Shown here one piece after another: positions 1 through 12,326 of a DNA stretch of 64,000 nucleotides. How positions within the stretch are numbered: position 1 is the stretch's first letter; every line of letters starts with the position of its first letter. The notes under the pieces are model-generated. The model was not told the DNA's origin. It did no database searches and saw nothing but the letters and a program-made list of their open reading frames with translations. The stretch comes from Utricularia gibba (Eukaryota > Plantae > Magnoliophyta). The translations under genes and the position numbers were made by a program. Location: NCBI GenBank assembly GCA_002189035.1, contig NEEC01000010.1, forward strand, positions 62,001 to 126,000, in the 5' to 3' direction.

Positions 1-7
1 ATAATGG

Positions 8-867
8 AAGCTAATTATCTTGGATGTAAATGATGTGTTCATAGGCATCATGTAAGGGTCTCGACCATCAAGCTCAAGAATCTCTTGGAAAAAAATCATA
101 TATAGCCAATCAAGTATTCCATTGACCATATTTCTATCTTTTATATGCATTTGTGTATTAACACTTTATAAGAAGTGTTCGCTTTTTTCATTTAATGTAT
201 ATAGTGTATCTACATCCATATGACCATGAGTTTATTAGATAGTGCTTGGATAACTTTGATGTAGGTATTTGGCCATCTCGTAGTGGATGACATTTTCACA
301 TCATCTTTTTTCTCATTTAGAATTGCCAAAATGCTTGATGTATGATGTCCTTTGTAGGAATCAATTAGAAGCAATCAATCAATGGGTCTTTCAACCATCA
401 TTATTCGACACACTAATTTTTGTATGGGACCAATCAATGACTATGGAAACAAGTGCATAGGTTCACACCAATCCTATCATCATGGTTTATTTGAAGGAAT
501 TGAGTCACTTATGGTTTGTAAACAATGGGTTGAATACAAGATACAATTATCACAATACCTTCTTGATTGATGACTTACCTCAGAAGTTAATTGGAAATCC
601 AATAAGTTATTTTTGCTATTCGAAACTAGCATGTGTCATGTTATATATGAAAACTTACCCTACATTTTTCAGGAAAACAATGCTATTTTTCCAGTCTTTT
701 ATGTGCATACTAATAGGAAGGATGTATCACTAAATAATTGTGACAAGATAGGAATTTTTCTTGAAGGATTGCTTCATGGTAAAGATGTTTCGAGCTTTGT
801 CAATAACTTCCCATATGTGACGGGCATCCTTTTGCGGGATTGTTATGCATTCCTTGCAAATGATTAA
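8..867 (+). pseudogene. Decayed FCP1-homology (NIF/HAD-like phosphatase) domain gene, plant subfamily
   Basis: Manual translation gives family motifs in order: KLIILDVNDVF (8-40), VYLHPYDHEFIR*CLDNFDVGIWPSR (~205-281), LIFVWDQS...YLKELSHLW (413-514), YNYHNTFLIDDLPQKLIGNP, then acceptor tttttcag and ENNAIFP...IFLEGLLHGKDVSSFV to TAA at 867. In-frame stops at 53, 240 and 458. The 5' end may lie outside the window. Confidence 0.75.
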
Positions 868-984
868 AACCTAGTTGATGTTGTTGTGAACAATTATACA
901 GTAGTTCATGGTTGTTTAGTTTATAGTTTATTAAGATTATTATTGTTTAGAACAAATAAAAACTCAATTTAAAATATTTCAAAT

Positions 985-1265
985 GATTAAATGATGTATA
1001 ATATAAATTTAAAATAAAAATATGTATTCGATCTAAATACAATAAATTTAGAATTAAAAAATATACAATCTATTTAAATGACAACTAAAGATCAATTGAT
1101 AATACAAATTTAAAATTAAAAAATATTTACTCAATACAAATAACACGTAAAGATTATTGTTAATATAATTTAAAATTTAAAAAATATGTGCTCGATCCAA
1201 ATAACACATAAGTATCGATTGATAATAGAAACTTATAATAAAAAAATATACATTCAATCCAAATA
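985..1265 (+). repeat. Degenerate AT-rich ~58-60 bp tandem array (array A)
   Basis: Recurring core AATTTAAAAT(T)AAAAAATAT followed by CGATC(T/C)AAATAAC-like blocks, about 4-5 units. Confidence 0.75.
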
Positions 1266-1274
1266 GTAGAGAGG

Positions 1275-1580
1275 ATTTTTCAGACTCTTATCATGGCTAT
1301 GAAAGGCACTTGGGACCATTTCTATACATTCATAACTGCCATGAAGGGGGTCTAGAAATGGTCATGGAAAAGAGATAATGTTTATCAAGCAACGTCAACA
1401 TCTTATGTGGGTGCTTGAGATACACAAATGTTTTTCCAAACTCTTGTAACAATTGCTAAGGGCTCATGGAACCACTTCTAAACCCATAGCACATGTTAAA
1501 GGTGTCTACAAACATTTCTAAAAGATATAGAATCTTTTCCGATCACCCCCAAAGTTATTGTGGGTGCCTAGAAGCACAAC
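1275..1580 (+). repeat. Degenerate ~155 bp duplicated unit with GTGGGTGC motifs
   Basis: ttttcagactctt...ggaccatttcta (1277-1323) aligns with ttttccaaactctt...ggaaccacttcta (1432-1479). gtgggtgc(t/c)t recurs at ~1407 and ~1560. Confidence 0.5.
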
Positions 1581-1749
1581 TAAATAAATTATCATTTATT
1601 TTCGGTTATTGAATATTCATTCAATGCCCAATAGATAAGGGATAAACAAAAGGCTTCAGATGGTGAGCGTCATGGTTTATAGAGGATTAGGGTCACTCAA
1701 TAGAGTTCATTAGGGATGTGTCCATAGTTGCTACATTGTTTGGCTCTCT

Positions 1750-2760
1750 TTCTATCTCTACCTTTACTTTCATGCTATCTTTTGGAAGAACCCTTTTTCC
1801 AAAATGAGGGAACATATCCCCATGCCAAAGATGTGGTCATAAAAGCACAGCAAAAAAAGAGGAAGTCTTATTTTATCACTTAACTTTATTTAACTATAGA
1901 TTTTTTTGGCGAAGGAGAACATCCACAAGAAGAAAAAAATCACCTCTTGTTCTTGGTACTTTATGGGAATATGTTCATAATGAATTATCTTCTCCTGATG
2001 TGTCAGCATCCCTTATTTTTCTATTTTTCAAGTTACCACATCTTTGTTCTTTATTTGTTTTCCGTAATTGCCTTAAAGTGGTAAGACGTTACGTAAATTG
2101 CCATAAAAACAAATAAATTGACCAAACTTGGTAACATTCGATGCACTTTGTGGGACCTTGATCCCCATTGAGTTCTCTTGTACAAGTAGAATGATGTTAC
2201 TCAATTTTTTAAGAGTTTGTTGTTATCGCAAATATGGACTGCTCGAATGTAAAGTCACATGAAGGACACATTCTTTGGACTCTCTCCTTCACAAAGATAG
2301 AAATAGTAGAATAGTAGACAACTCGTGACTTAAGAGTTGCTATAAGCAACTCTTCCTTAGAAGCCCAAGCCACTATTTTCTTTAGCAATGAATGTCATAA
2401 TGGAAGCCTTATTAGGTCTGGTGGAAGAGTGTCTAGGATTGGATACAACCTGCTTGGGAGGAGCTCAACACAACAAGATGGAGAAGGAGCCAACACTTGC
2501 CAGCTGGGCCCTTGGAATGATGAACTTTTTGAATCTCTCTCTCCTTAACATCCTTAGGTAGCATGGATATAATAGTTTTGCAAACTTGGGAACCATCTAA
2601 ACTCTCTCAAATAATCTTTTTGTCAACTTCATCATTGTTAATGACTTCCAACTCTTTTTCGTTTGACCTGCCAATCTTCATCATCAAACCTAGATAAGGA
2701 TCCAGAAGATCCCTCCCTCTTCTCTGGTTGGTAATCCTCCTTGCATTTCCAATCGATTCA
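1750..2760 (-). mobile_element. LINE (L1-like) fragment: RT C-terminal region / zf-RVT, heavily decayed
   Basis: Minus-strand peptides LLDPYLGL and QLASVGSFSILLC*APPKQVVS resemble the YLGLP and IKSVLSSIPIY..KLPK motifs of plant L1 ORF2. Many stops. Confidence 0.5.
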
Positions 2761-2814
2761 TAACACGCATTACCAGCTAAGTGATTCTAGTTTGTATATT
2801 CCTAATTCACCCAT

Positions 2815-3520
2815 TAGAGATGGACACGAGTACGGGTCAACTCATCAACCCAACAATTTGACCCGTAGTGAGTCGACTCACGGAATCAACTCAACTTTTT
2901 ATAATAAAAAATACTTTGGGTGTAATAGCCCATTACCTTTCTGTCATGCTTAATTATTAGGTCTAAGCACAGGTCATTTGAGGCTGACTTATATCATTTT
3001 CTACACGTTTTTAATGGGATTTTCAAGTCGATTTCTTTTTCTATTTTATTGATTTTCACCATTTGCGATATAATTTTTTGTATTTCTCTTTGTATATAAT
3101 CTTTGTAAATGCTTGAATCATCAAACCCTTCTATCCCACGGTTATATGATGAATGCATTAATGTCAATACTGTAGAAATGAAGGATGTATGTGTTGGAGA
3201 TGTCCGAGAAGCTTCTTCTACCTAAAAAAAGCATAAATAATCTTTGTTAGACTGGCATGATAGAAAGAAAAATAAGATAATTTGTAAATATTGTTCGATT
3301 TCATATAACCATGCGAAAGTTGGTTCTTCTACCAATTTTTTACATCATATTATAAACAAACATCATGATCTAGATATTTCAAATCTTAGATGGTCAAAAT
3401 TGTATATTGTCAATGGTAGTATTAGTTCCAGATTTATATTTGATTTAAATATAGTTCAATTTGATTATATATTTGCTTTAATTACTAATGAAAAATATTT
3501 TTCATAAATTGAGAATACAT
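2815..3520 (+). mobile_element. hAT remnant: left terminus plus BED zinc-finger fragment
   Basis: TAGAGATGGACAC hAT-like end at 2815. Inverted ACGGGTCAA/TTGACCCGT subterminal motifs. Perfect palindrome GTGAGTCGACTCAC at 2868-2881. ORF 3244-3507 contains KIICKYCSISY...STNFLHHIINKH (BED finger). No matching right TIR or 8-bp TSD confirmed. Confidence 0.55.
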
Positions 3521-4286
3521 TTATTATGAATTGTTTTTACAATAAAAATGTGACCTCAATTTGTTCTTTTTTCTATAAGAAAGGTTGTTAGAATTTATTT
3601 AGAACTCTGAAAACACTTTTGATTTATCTATTTCAATCAATTAAATATAAATTTTGTTTAACTAACCTTCCCACATCCAACCCAAGTGGATCGCCTATGA
3701 TCTTGCCCTCATCTGTCTCCCCCGCCTCCCCAATCCACGATCGGGACAAGGTACCAATCAAACCGAGTTCAACCCGCCCCCTTGTGCTACACACACACAA
3801 CTTGCCCACGGACTAGAGAATAAGACCCCTTACATTTCGTTTCCTAATCGCCCGCCGGAAGTCGCATCGTTGCCCTATCGCCCCTCGGTTTCACCGTCCA
3901 TGTGGCACCGCAAAAGCCACTGACGCACCGCTAAACTCCGCCCAATTCCCACAAGGCCCGCCCAGTGTTGCATGAGTTGGACGTTATTTTCCTTCAAAGT
4001 TATTATAAACACTAATTGAAGCATACGCGATGCTTGCACTTTAAATATTCAATTCAAATCTACTCATGGCACGAGTTGAGCTCAGGTAAGATTCGATCAA
4101 TTGTATTTTTTATCCTAATTGATGGAGTGACCCGTAATTATGTGAGTGACGTAAGTTAAATAACACAAAATTCGGGCAAGGGGGGAGGTTCTATATTTGA
4201 TGGCGGCCCTTCGCTCGAAAACCCCTCGAAGCTTGTGATTTTCAAACGTACACTGAAAGAGATTTTCTTCTTTCGTCATTGCGACA

Positions 4287-7200
4287 ATGGATAAGTTCGA
4301 AGATTTCGTCGAGGTTCACGGGGTGCTCTTAGCTGCATCCGGTCTTCCATTGCAGCTACACAGGAAGCTTTTTGAGAAACTTGGGGCGGAGAATTTTGAC
4401 GGCGGCTGTCATTTCCAGGTGGAGCTGGTTGAGAATGGGAGGCAGCGGAGGCTTGTGCTCACGGATGATTATCTTGAGAAGAACTCAGATGTCTTTCTTG
4501 TTGATCATGCTTGGACTTTTCGCCTTCCCGACGCTTACAAGCAGGTGCCAATAAACTCAGTCATTCGCTAGTTTGCGTTTTTCTATATTGTTACTGGTCT
4601 TGAATTTGCTTTGTCTAGTATTTTTTTTCTTGGATTCCATACGTTGCGTCTCTTATGCTATGTAATGATTCACAGTTGAAGGAAATCCCAGGATTGGTAG
4701 AGCGAATGGCTTCACTGATGTGCGTCGACACAGACATTGATAATGTTGGCGAGGTGTCTGATGACCATGAAAACGATGGTGCGAAACAAAGTGCAACAGA
4801 AGTAGTCGAGAGAGAGCTATGCAGGGTTAGAGAAGAGGGCAGTCTCTCGGTAAGATGGTTGGAGCTTGAAGATAGTGAAATAGACGACGCTATGCTTGTT
4901 TCACTCGATCTGCCCAATAAATTTCCTGTAAGTGTTTTTTTATGTTTTTTTTTTTTTTTCTGCCGAGTCAAGAATGGCCATCTATGGAGCAGGGTTTGGT
5001 GGACTCACTAAAACACCTGAAATTCGAAGCACAATGAGTGTTGTTACCAAGGCAAATAATGCATAGAGGACATTTGGGTCAAGTACTTATGCAGATGTTT
5101 TACAGAAATTTCTTTTTTCTTCAGCACTTGCTTGCTCTGAGCCTCCGTGGAAACAAGCTCGAAAGCTATGAGACGGTGCTTAAGGTTGTAGCTCAATTTA
5201 CGTCTATTAGAGCCATATGGCTGAACGGTAATCCAGTATGTGAGACATGGTGAGGCTTCAGCATCTGTTTTATAGCTCAATGTTATGATTGCATGCTTAC
5301 ATGCATGACTTCTGCAAATGATCGGTTTTTCTAACTGAAGCTTCTTATCAGTGATAATCGCTATGAAGATGCTATTCTTAATAACTGCCCCGAACTGGAA
5401 ATATATAATTCTCGTTTCACAACCAAGTATGGTACGTGGGCTTTGGGATTCTGTGGAGGATTATATGGAAGGGATAATCCTGGAGATCCTTATCAAGGTG
5501 ATCTGTTGCGTAGTGTTACATCTCTCAACCTCTCAAATAGGTGTATCCGCAGTCTTATTAACCAGGTCAATTGCTATTGAAATCTAGCTTTCTTCATTGG
5601 AGTTTTCTTTGCTTTTTTTGGAATTTTTTATTCGCATTGAGTTGCTCGAGCATGTCTTATGCCTGTTTTCCAGGTCTTTTCTCCTTCCACTTTACCTGCC
5701 CTTTCACACTTGAATATTCATGGAAACCCTGTGGACAAAAATTCTCCTGAAGAACTGCTAGAATATCTTCGAGGTTTCACCAACTTAACTGTTCTAGAGG
5801 TAACGTGTATACAAACATATATGCTCCAGATTATATCACGAGTCTTACCCCCTACTAAAATAGGTGGATATTCCTGGACCTCTGGGGAAAGTGCTGCTAA
5901 TATTGTCAGAGAACTGGCTTCCGTCTCACTGTTGAATGGACGTACTTCTTCTGAAATCTTGGAGTCTGATACCATTATTGTTGATTCGTTGTTAAAGCCT
6001 CGTTTGGTTGATCTTATACCTGGAGAGGCCCTCATCGATCGTGTCCTTAGTGCTATTTGGTTTTATGCAATGACTTATCGGCTTGCAAATGAAGAAAAGA
6101 TTGACGAAACACCTATTTGGTAAGTTTTACAAATCAGGGGGAGGGGGGTGGGGTGGCGTGGTTGTGAATGCTTTCTGACAGTCATTTCAACTTTCAAGAG
6201 CTATTATGATTCATGTCTGTGTCATTTCCCTTTTTTTCAGGTACGTGATGGATGAATTAGGCTCTGCTTTGAGGCATAGTGATGATGCTAATTTTAGAGT
6301 TTCTCCTTTCCTCTACATGCCGTATGGTAAATTGGAGTCTTCTGTGAGGTTTTTCTCTCAAATCTTTCTCCTGTTTATACCAAAGTTGCAACTTTTCTTA
6401 TTAGTGGCTGACTTGTTTAAAAGTGTTTAGCTATTCAGTTCTTTGGCCTGCAAGAGATGTTCGAAGAGGAGATGAATGTACCAGGGATTTTCTATTTGGC
6501 ATTGGCGAGGATAGGCAACGCTCAGCCAGGCTTACAGCCTGGTTCCATACACCAAAGGATTATTTTTTTAGAGTATGCTATTTCAACTGCAACTGATTTG
6601 GTCATCTCAGTACTTCATTCGTAAACTTTCCTTACTGTTTCTTTAGGAGTACAAGAAACACAGCATGAAATTACATTCGAGAAAGTTCTCTCTATCACCA
6701 AAGGTGCTGTCTTCAGAATGTAATCAACTTGATACTCGTGGGAGGGTTTTGCATGTTTTCACTGACATTCCACATGTGGTGGAATATTTGGCACGTCCAG
6801 AATTTGTGATCAGTAAGTATGCTTCGCTCCTGGTTGGCCAGAGTATTTCCTGATTTCTGATTATAAAGTTTTTTTCTCCCAACTTTTGGCGTCTTACCAT
6901 TGAACATATTAGAATCGGTCTTACTGAGTTTTACTAGTAAGTAGATCATAACTACGGATCAGCAAAATGTGTAATTTTTTCGTGGTTTTCTCAATATATT
7001 GACCCTGCTCATTTTATTATGAAGAATATATTTTTTCTGGAATCAACTTTGCCTGATTTATTACAAGCTCATTTTTATATAAATTCACATGCAGCAACTG
7101 AGCCCAAGACTGCTGATATTATATGGACCAGTGTCCAGGTGGATGACGAAATGAAGACAGCAGTTGGGCTCAATGATCAGCAGTATGTTAATCAGTTCCC

Positions 7201-8463
7201 TTCGAGGCTTGCTTGGTTATGAAACATCATCTGGCTGAAACAGTTCTAAAGGTTCAGTAACTGACATTGTTGAAAAATCAGTGACCTGTTCATTTCGCGA
7301 AGGCAGTTGATCATTGATGTGTTCTTGGACCTTTATCTAACAGGCTTATGGTGTCCCTGAATGGCTCCAGCCAACGTATAATCTTGAAACACATCTTGCT
7401 GAACTTATAGGGGACTACTATACTCGTGAGGCGAAAGGGGTTGACAACTTATGGATCCTAAAACCCTGGAACATGGCAAGAACTATTGATACGACCGTGA
7501 TTGAGAATTTATCAGGCATAATCCGACTCATGGAGACTGGTCCCAAGATATGCCAAAAGTACATTGAGCACCCAGCCTTGTTTCAGGGAAGAAAATTTGA
7601 CCTCCGTTATATTGTCCTTCTTCGCTCTTTGAACCCATTGGAGATTTTCCTTTCAGATGTTTTCTGGGTATGGCTTTCTTTTACATTACACAACATTATG
7701 GGAAAATTTATGTTAAAATTTTTCTGTTCTTTTCAAAAGGTTCGATTAGCCAACAATCCCTACTCATTGACGAAGCACAGTTTCTTTGAATACGAGACAC
7801 ATTTCACTGTTATGGTAAGTGACATCTACCTGTTACCTTGTGAACTTACATTCAACGAGTCGTGTAGTTGGTAAGTCTTGATGAAATTCTCTTCAGAATT
7901 ACAGGGGAACAATGAACCACATGTACACCCCAGAGTTTGTTAGGGGATTCGAACAAGAACATCATGGTAATGATGGATCCCATTTGTATAATCCTAATAA
8001 ATGCTCGAATGTTTTGATCTGTATTTTTCCAATGTCATGATTACTATTGTTTGTTTTACAGTTAAATGGTTGGATATCCATGTTAGAATTGAAAGCATGA
8101 TCAGATCCGTATTTGAGGCAGCTGCCAGAGTGCATCCTGAAATGCATTGCCCGATGTCTAGAGCCATGTATGGTGTTGATGTGATGCTTGACAGCCATTA
8201 TCAACCCAAATTATTAGAGGTGGGATTGTAAAATTAGGTTTAAAAGTGAAGGTAGAGATTATGACGGGACTGGGAGAGTTGAGGGCTGTATTATTTATTT
8301 TTTGCAGGTGACATATTGCCCGGACTGCACACGTGCATGCAAGTTCGGCACTGAAAGCGTTGTCGGGGAAAGGGTGGGCACAAGCATCAAAGGCCGGGAC
8401 TTCTACAACAGCGTGTTCGGTTGCCTCTTCTTGAACGAGATGACTCATGTACGCAAATTGTAA
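4287..8463 (+). CDS. TTLL12: Tubulin-tyrosine ligase-like protein 12 (LRR region plus TTL domain), 15 exons, two apparent 1-bp frameshifts
   Basis: Exons 4287-4544, 4676-4927, 5125-5249, 5352-5565, 5674-5799, 5864-6119, 6241-6348, 6431-6572, 6647-6812, 7095-7251, 7344-7667, 7740-7814, 7897-7966, 8062-8219, 8308-8463, all GT-AG. Motifs FLVDHAWTFR, WYVMDELGSALRHSD, WILKPWNMAR, QKYIEHP, KFDLRYIV, YGVDVMLD, LLEVTYCPDC. Frame breaks at G-run 5884-5887 and C-run 7198-7200. Confidence 0.93.
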
Positions 8464-8516
8464 CGTCATCCATCATCCAGGAGACTAACGGATTCCGGCC
8501 TCTCATGTTTCATGGG

Positions 8517-8536
8517 TGTCTGTCTGTCTGTCTGTC
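8517..8536. repeat. (GTCT)n microsatellite in the TTLL12 3' region
   Basis: gtctgtctgtctgtctgtca read directly. Confidence 0.9.
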
Positions 8537-8650
8537 AGTCTGTGTGTTGCGACATTATTGAAATGGAGTCACATATGCACTTGCTGGTTTTTGAGATGGA
8601 TAAATAAATGCCAATTAAGTTTACTAGCCAGCCAATTATGATTTCAAGCG

Positions 8651-8677
8651 CACGCAACGCAACGCAACGCAACGCAA
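8651..8677. repeat. (AACGC)n pentanucleotide microsatellite
   Basis: cacgc followed by (aacgc)x4. Confidence 0.9.
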
Positions 8678-10387
8678 TCAAGATATGGAAACTATTACTT
8701 ATGGGTGCCAACAATTTGACCTTTTTAAATGGATCCATTAAGACTACGCCATCTTTTTTGACATTCTTCATTCATATTGGGTTAGCTGCTTAATTGCAAG
8801 CAATGCAATTTATTCAATAACTCATTTTACATTCATCTCAAACCCCAAGCGCATTAAATAAATTACGTAATTTACATCTGTAATGCAGATGCCTGCCTGC
8901 CTGCATCTTAATTATGATTAATGATCAATCGCGTTTTCTTCTTCAATTTCATAAGCGATTCAATCCAGTGACACCATTAGCTTAGAGGTGGATGATAAAC
9001 ACATCACATGCTTCCATTCAACAATAATGAGAGTCTCTGCACTTCATTTATGACAACTAACAAATCTATATTTCTGTTTAATATTGGAATTGATTATTTG
9101 ATTTAAAATACAACTTATATAAAATTTTCACTGTGTTTTTCATTTTAAAAATGATTTACTATATCATTAAATTTAAGCTAATGATTGAAAAAATTTTAAA
9201 AAAACAATCGAAAATGCTCATACATCAAGAAAAAATTTTTATTATGAAAATAATTTTGGTATAATTACAGAAACTCTTAAAATTCATTCGTTTAGAAAAC
9301 TTTTCAATCAGTAATCGATTCTTATGTGTCTCTTTTTTGTTTTTTCATGTATAGAGTGTACAATGCTCTTTGCTACTTGTCTCATTTTGCTATTGTATCC
9401 TTTAGATGCAAAAACACACGATCTCATTCTTTTGTTGCATAGTTTAGAGTAGGTGCAAGCAAGCTGGGGTGTGTCAGATTCATTCGCGAGAACACAAGAG
9501 CCACTTGCTCAACGAATGAAGCCCCTAATACGTCTGATTGGGAAGTTTTTCCATTCTCGCCTTGGGTGTGCTCTTTTCATACAAACAGACTTGTCCCTTT
9601 TCTTCCTCCTTATTTTAGCAAGTCTGCCTTATTTTGAAGAGATGTAAGGAATTAATTTTTTTTTTCTATAACATAAATGTTATAAAAAAAATAATGTATA
9701 CTTTTAAGTTTGACCCATTAAACGCATTCCAAATCAAATGGGTGTTCCGTTTTTAAATTTGATTTTAAAACGTTGCATAGAAGAGAATTAAAATAGGCGA
9801 CATGATTTGTTTTGTCCATTATAATTAGAATTAGAAGATAAAAAGAATTGATTTAGTTGACGCAAACAGTGTCTATTATTTTTTGTAAATGGCATCTTTA
9901 CTATTATGATAAAATTGATCATCATTAATAAATCTTAATTTCTTTCCAATCCAATTTCAGTTGTTCTCGTCTCTCGATGGCGCGTCGCATTGGACCACTA
10001 GATGCCCATCGCTTACCGCCCGCCCGCTACATGATCGCTAGCCTCCAGATAGGCCACAAGGCAACGAGCCAGTGGGCTGCAAGGAACGTAATGGGGATGT
10101 ACAGTGACAATTTTATTTGGGGTAAAATTTATCAAATAATACAATAATAAAGATCAAATAAAGTATAGTGAGGGTCAAAAAGGAATAAAGAGAAAATATT
10201 ATAAATTTAATTTTCTTTAATACATTAATTTGGGAATTAAATATGTGCAGTATATCAATTAGGGGGGTAGGGATTAAACTTGTAAATAATAGGGAGCTTT
10301 ACATTCTTTATGTAAATGACGCCAACACTTGATCCTTGTAGTTTGTGGGTGTGTAACTAACCAGTCGATCCTTCCTATGCACCAACC

Positions 10388-12285
10388 ATGATAGGAGACA
10401 GGTTTTGGTTTCTCTTGCTGCTGCTTTTGACAGTTTACACTAGTTGTTTAGCCGCTAGCGGCGAAGTCTCCCACGATGGTCGAGGCTTAATCATCGACGG
10501 CCACCGCCGGATTATCCTCTCGGGCTCCATCCACTACCCACGGAGTACCCCTGAGGTGCTTCCTTTACTTGATTGGTGATTGTTTAGGCTTTCTTTTTCT
10601 GAAATTTTGTTACCTTTTGGCTCTTTTGTTTTTCTGTTTTTGGCTTGACTGAACAGATGTGGCCGGATTTGATAAAGAAGGCTAAGGCAGGTGGATTGGA
10701 CGCCATCGAAACGTACGTGTTTTGGAACGCGCATGAGAGGGTTCGAGGGCAGTACGATTTCAGTGGGAATTTGGATCTCATTCGCTTCGTAAAGGCTGTT
10801 CAGGATCAAGGCCTCTACGTGGTCCTACGTATCGGACCCTACGTATGCGCCGAATGGAACTACGGCGGGTTACCAGTTTGGTTGCACAACCTCGCTCGTG
10901 GCGAATTGCGAACCACAAATCCAGGTTTCATGGTATTACTGGGGTGGGGGTGACCCTTGCTTCTTTTACTTCCTTTTCATTCTTTTTTTTTTTTCTAGTA
11001 AAAGTTTAAATCACTACTGGTAGTTTCTCAGAATGAAATGCAAAATTTCACAACTTTGATCGTTGAGATGCTTAAACAAGAGAAGCTATTCTTATCACAA
11101 GGGACTGGGGGCCCCATCATTCTTACACAGGTTGGTTAACTTCCATGTCCTATTACTTTCTTCCCAAGTCCCAACTGAGCTGGATTAGGACAGATCGAGA
11201 ATGAATACGGATCCGTGGAGTCCGGGTACGGAGATGCCGGGAAGGCATATGTGGAATGGTGCGCAGGCATGGCGGAGGCCTTAGACACGGGAGTTCCATG
11301 GATCATGTGCGTCCAAAGTGATGCCCTCAACCCATGGTACTCCTCCTATTTTACTGCTTACCAATATGATTGAGTTATGAAGAGAAAGCAGCTCAGCCCA
11401 GCTCAGCTCGGCTCATATTGATTGACAGATCGACACCTGCAATGGATGGTACTGTGATCAATTCACCCCAAACAATCCAACTAGCCCCAAGATGTGGACC
11501 GAGAACTGGACTGGTTGGTAAGAAACAAACCAAGCACTAATGAATCAGTGATAGTACTTGCAAGAAACCACTAGTGCATTAAAAATAATATAAAAATACA
11601 TACACACGGAATTTACATGATTCATTTTATTAAAAAAACTAGGTTTAAAAATTGGGGTGGACCAGATCCACATCGAACAGCTGAAGATGTGGCATTTTCC
11701 GCGGCACGGTTTTTCCAATCAGGAGGCACCTTCCAAAACTACTACATGGTACTGGAACTGGACTGGAGTGAACGTATGCATATATATATATACATACATA
11801 TATGTGTGTGCGCGTCCGTGCGCGCTATCTCACTCATCTAACACGGTTTTTCTTGTAACGACGCGACAGTATCATGGAGGAACCAACTTCGGCAGGACTG
11901 CTGGAGGACCTTATATCACCACTTCCTATGATTACGATGCCCCACTCAATGAATATGGTACGTAATTGCCCAGTCCCACTTGCACACAAAATGCATTTTC
12001 ATTTTTTAAATTATTAAGAATTAGATAAAATTTTATTTATGGGTTTAAGATAAAAAAATGTGTTTAGTGAATGAGTTTTGTTTATTGAAATAGCATGTTT
12101 GGTTGATAAATATTGTATTTATGATTATTACCTTTAATAAAATATTAATTGTATCAAAAGGATGAACTGATTATAATAAGATTTTGATGTATCAACCCCA
12201 TATGAAAGGTGGATTTCTATAAAACCATGTACATGCATCTAATTGAAATCTAGAAAATCATGTGAGTTTATTTTATCGTTCAACC

Positions 12286-12326
<41 letters not shown>

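Noticed and set aside
2815-3820. Complete hAT element with paired TIRs
   Set aside because: The candidate right end (TGCCCACGGACTA near 3805) matches poorly, and there is no 8-bp TSD.
4140-4210. TGACGT and GGCCC promoter elements upstream of TTLL12
   Set aside because: Short motifs expected by chance, with no conservation data.
9300-10090. ORF 9453-9647 and the GC-rich patch at 9960-10080 as a small gene
   Set aside because: No motifs or splice support. Possibly an LTR or other repeat fragment, but unassignable.
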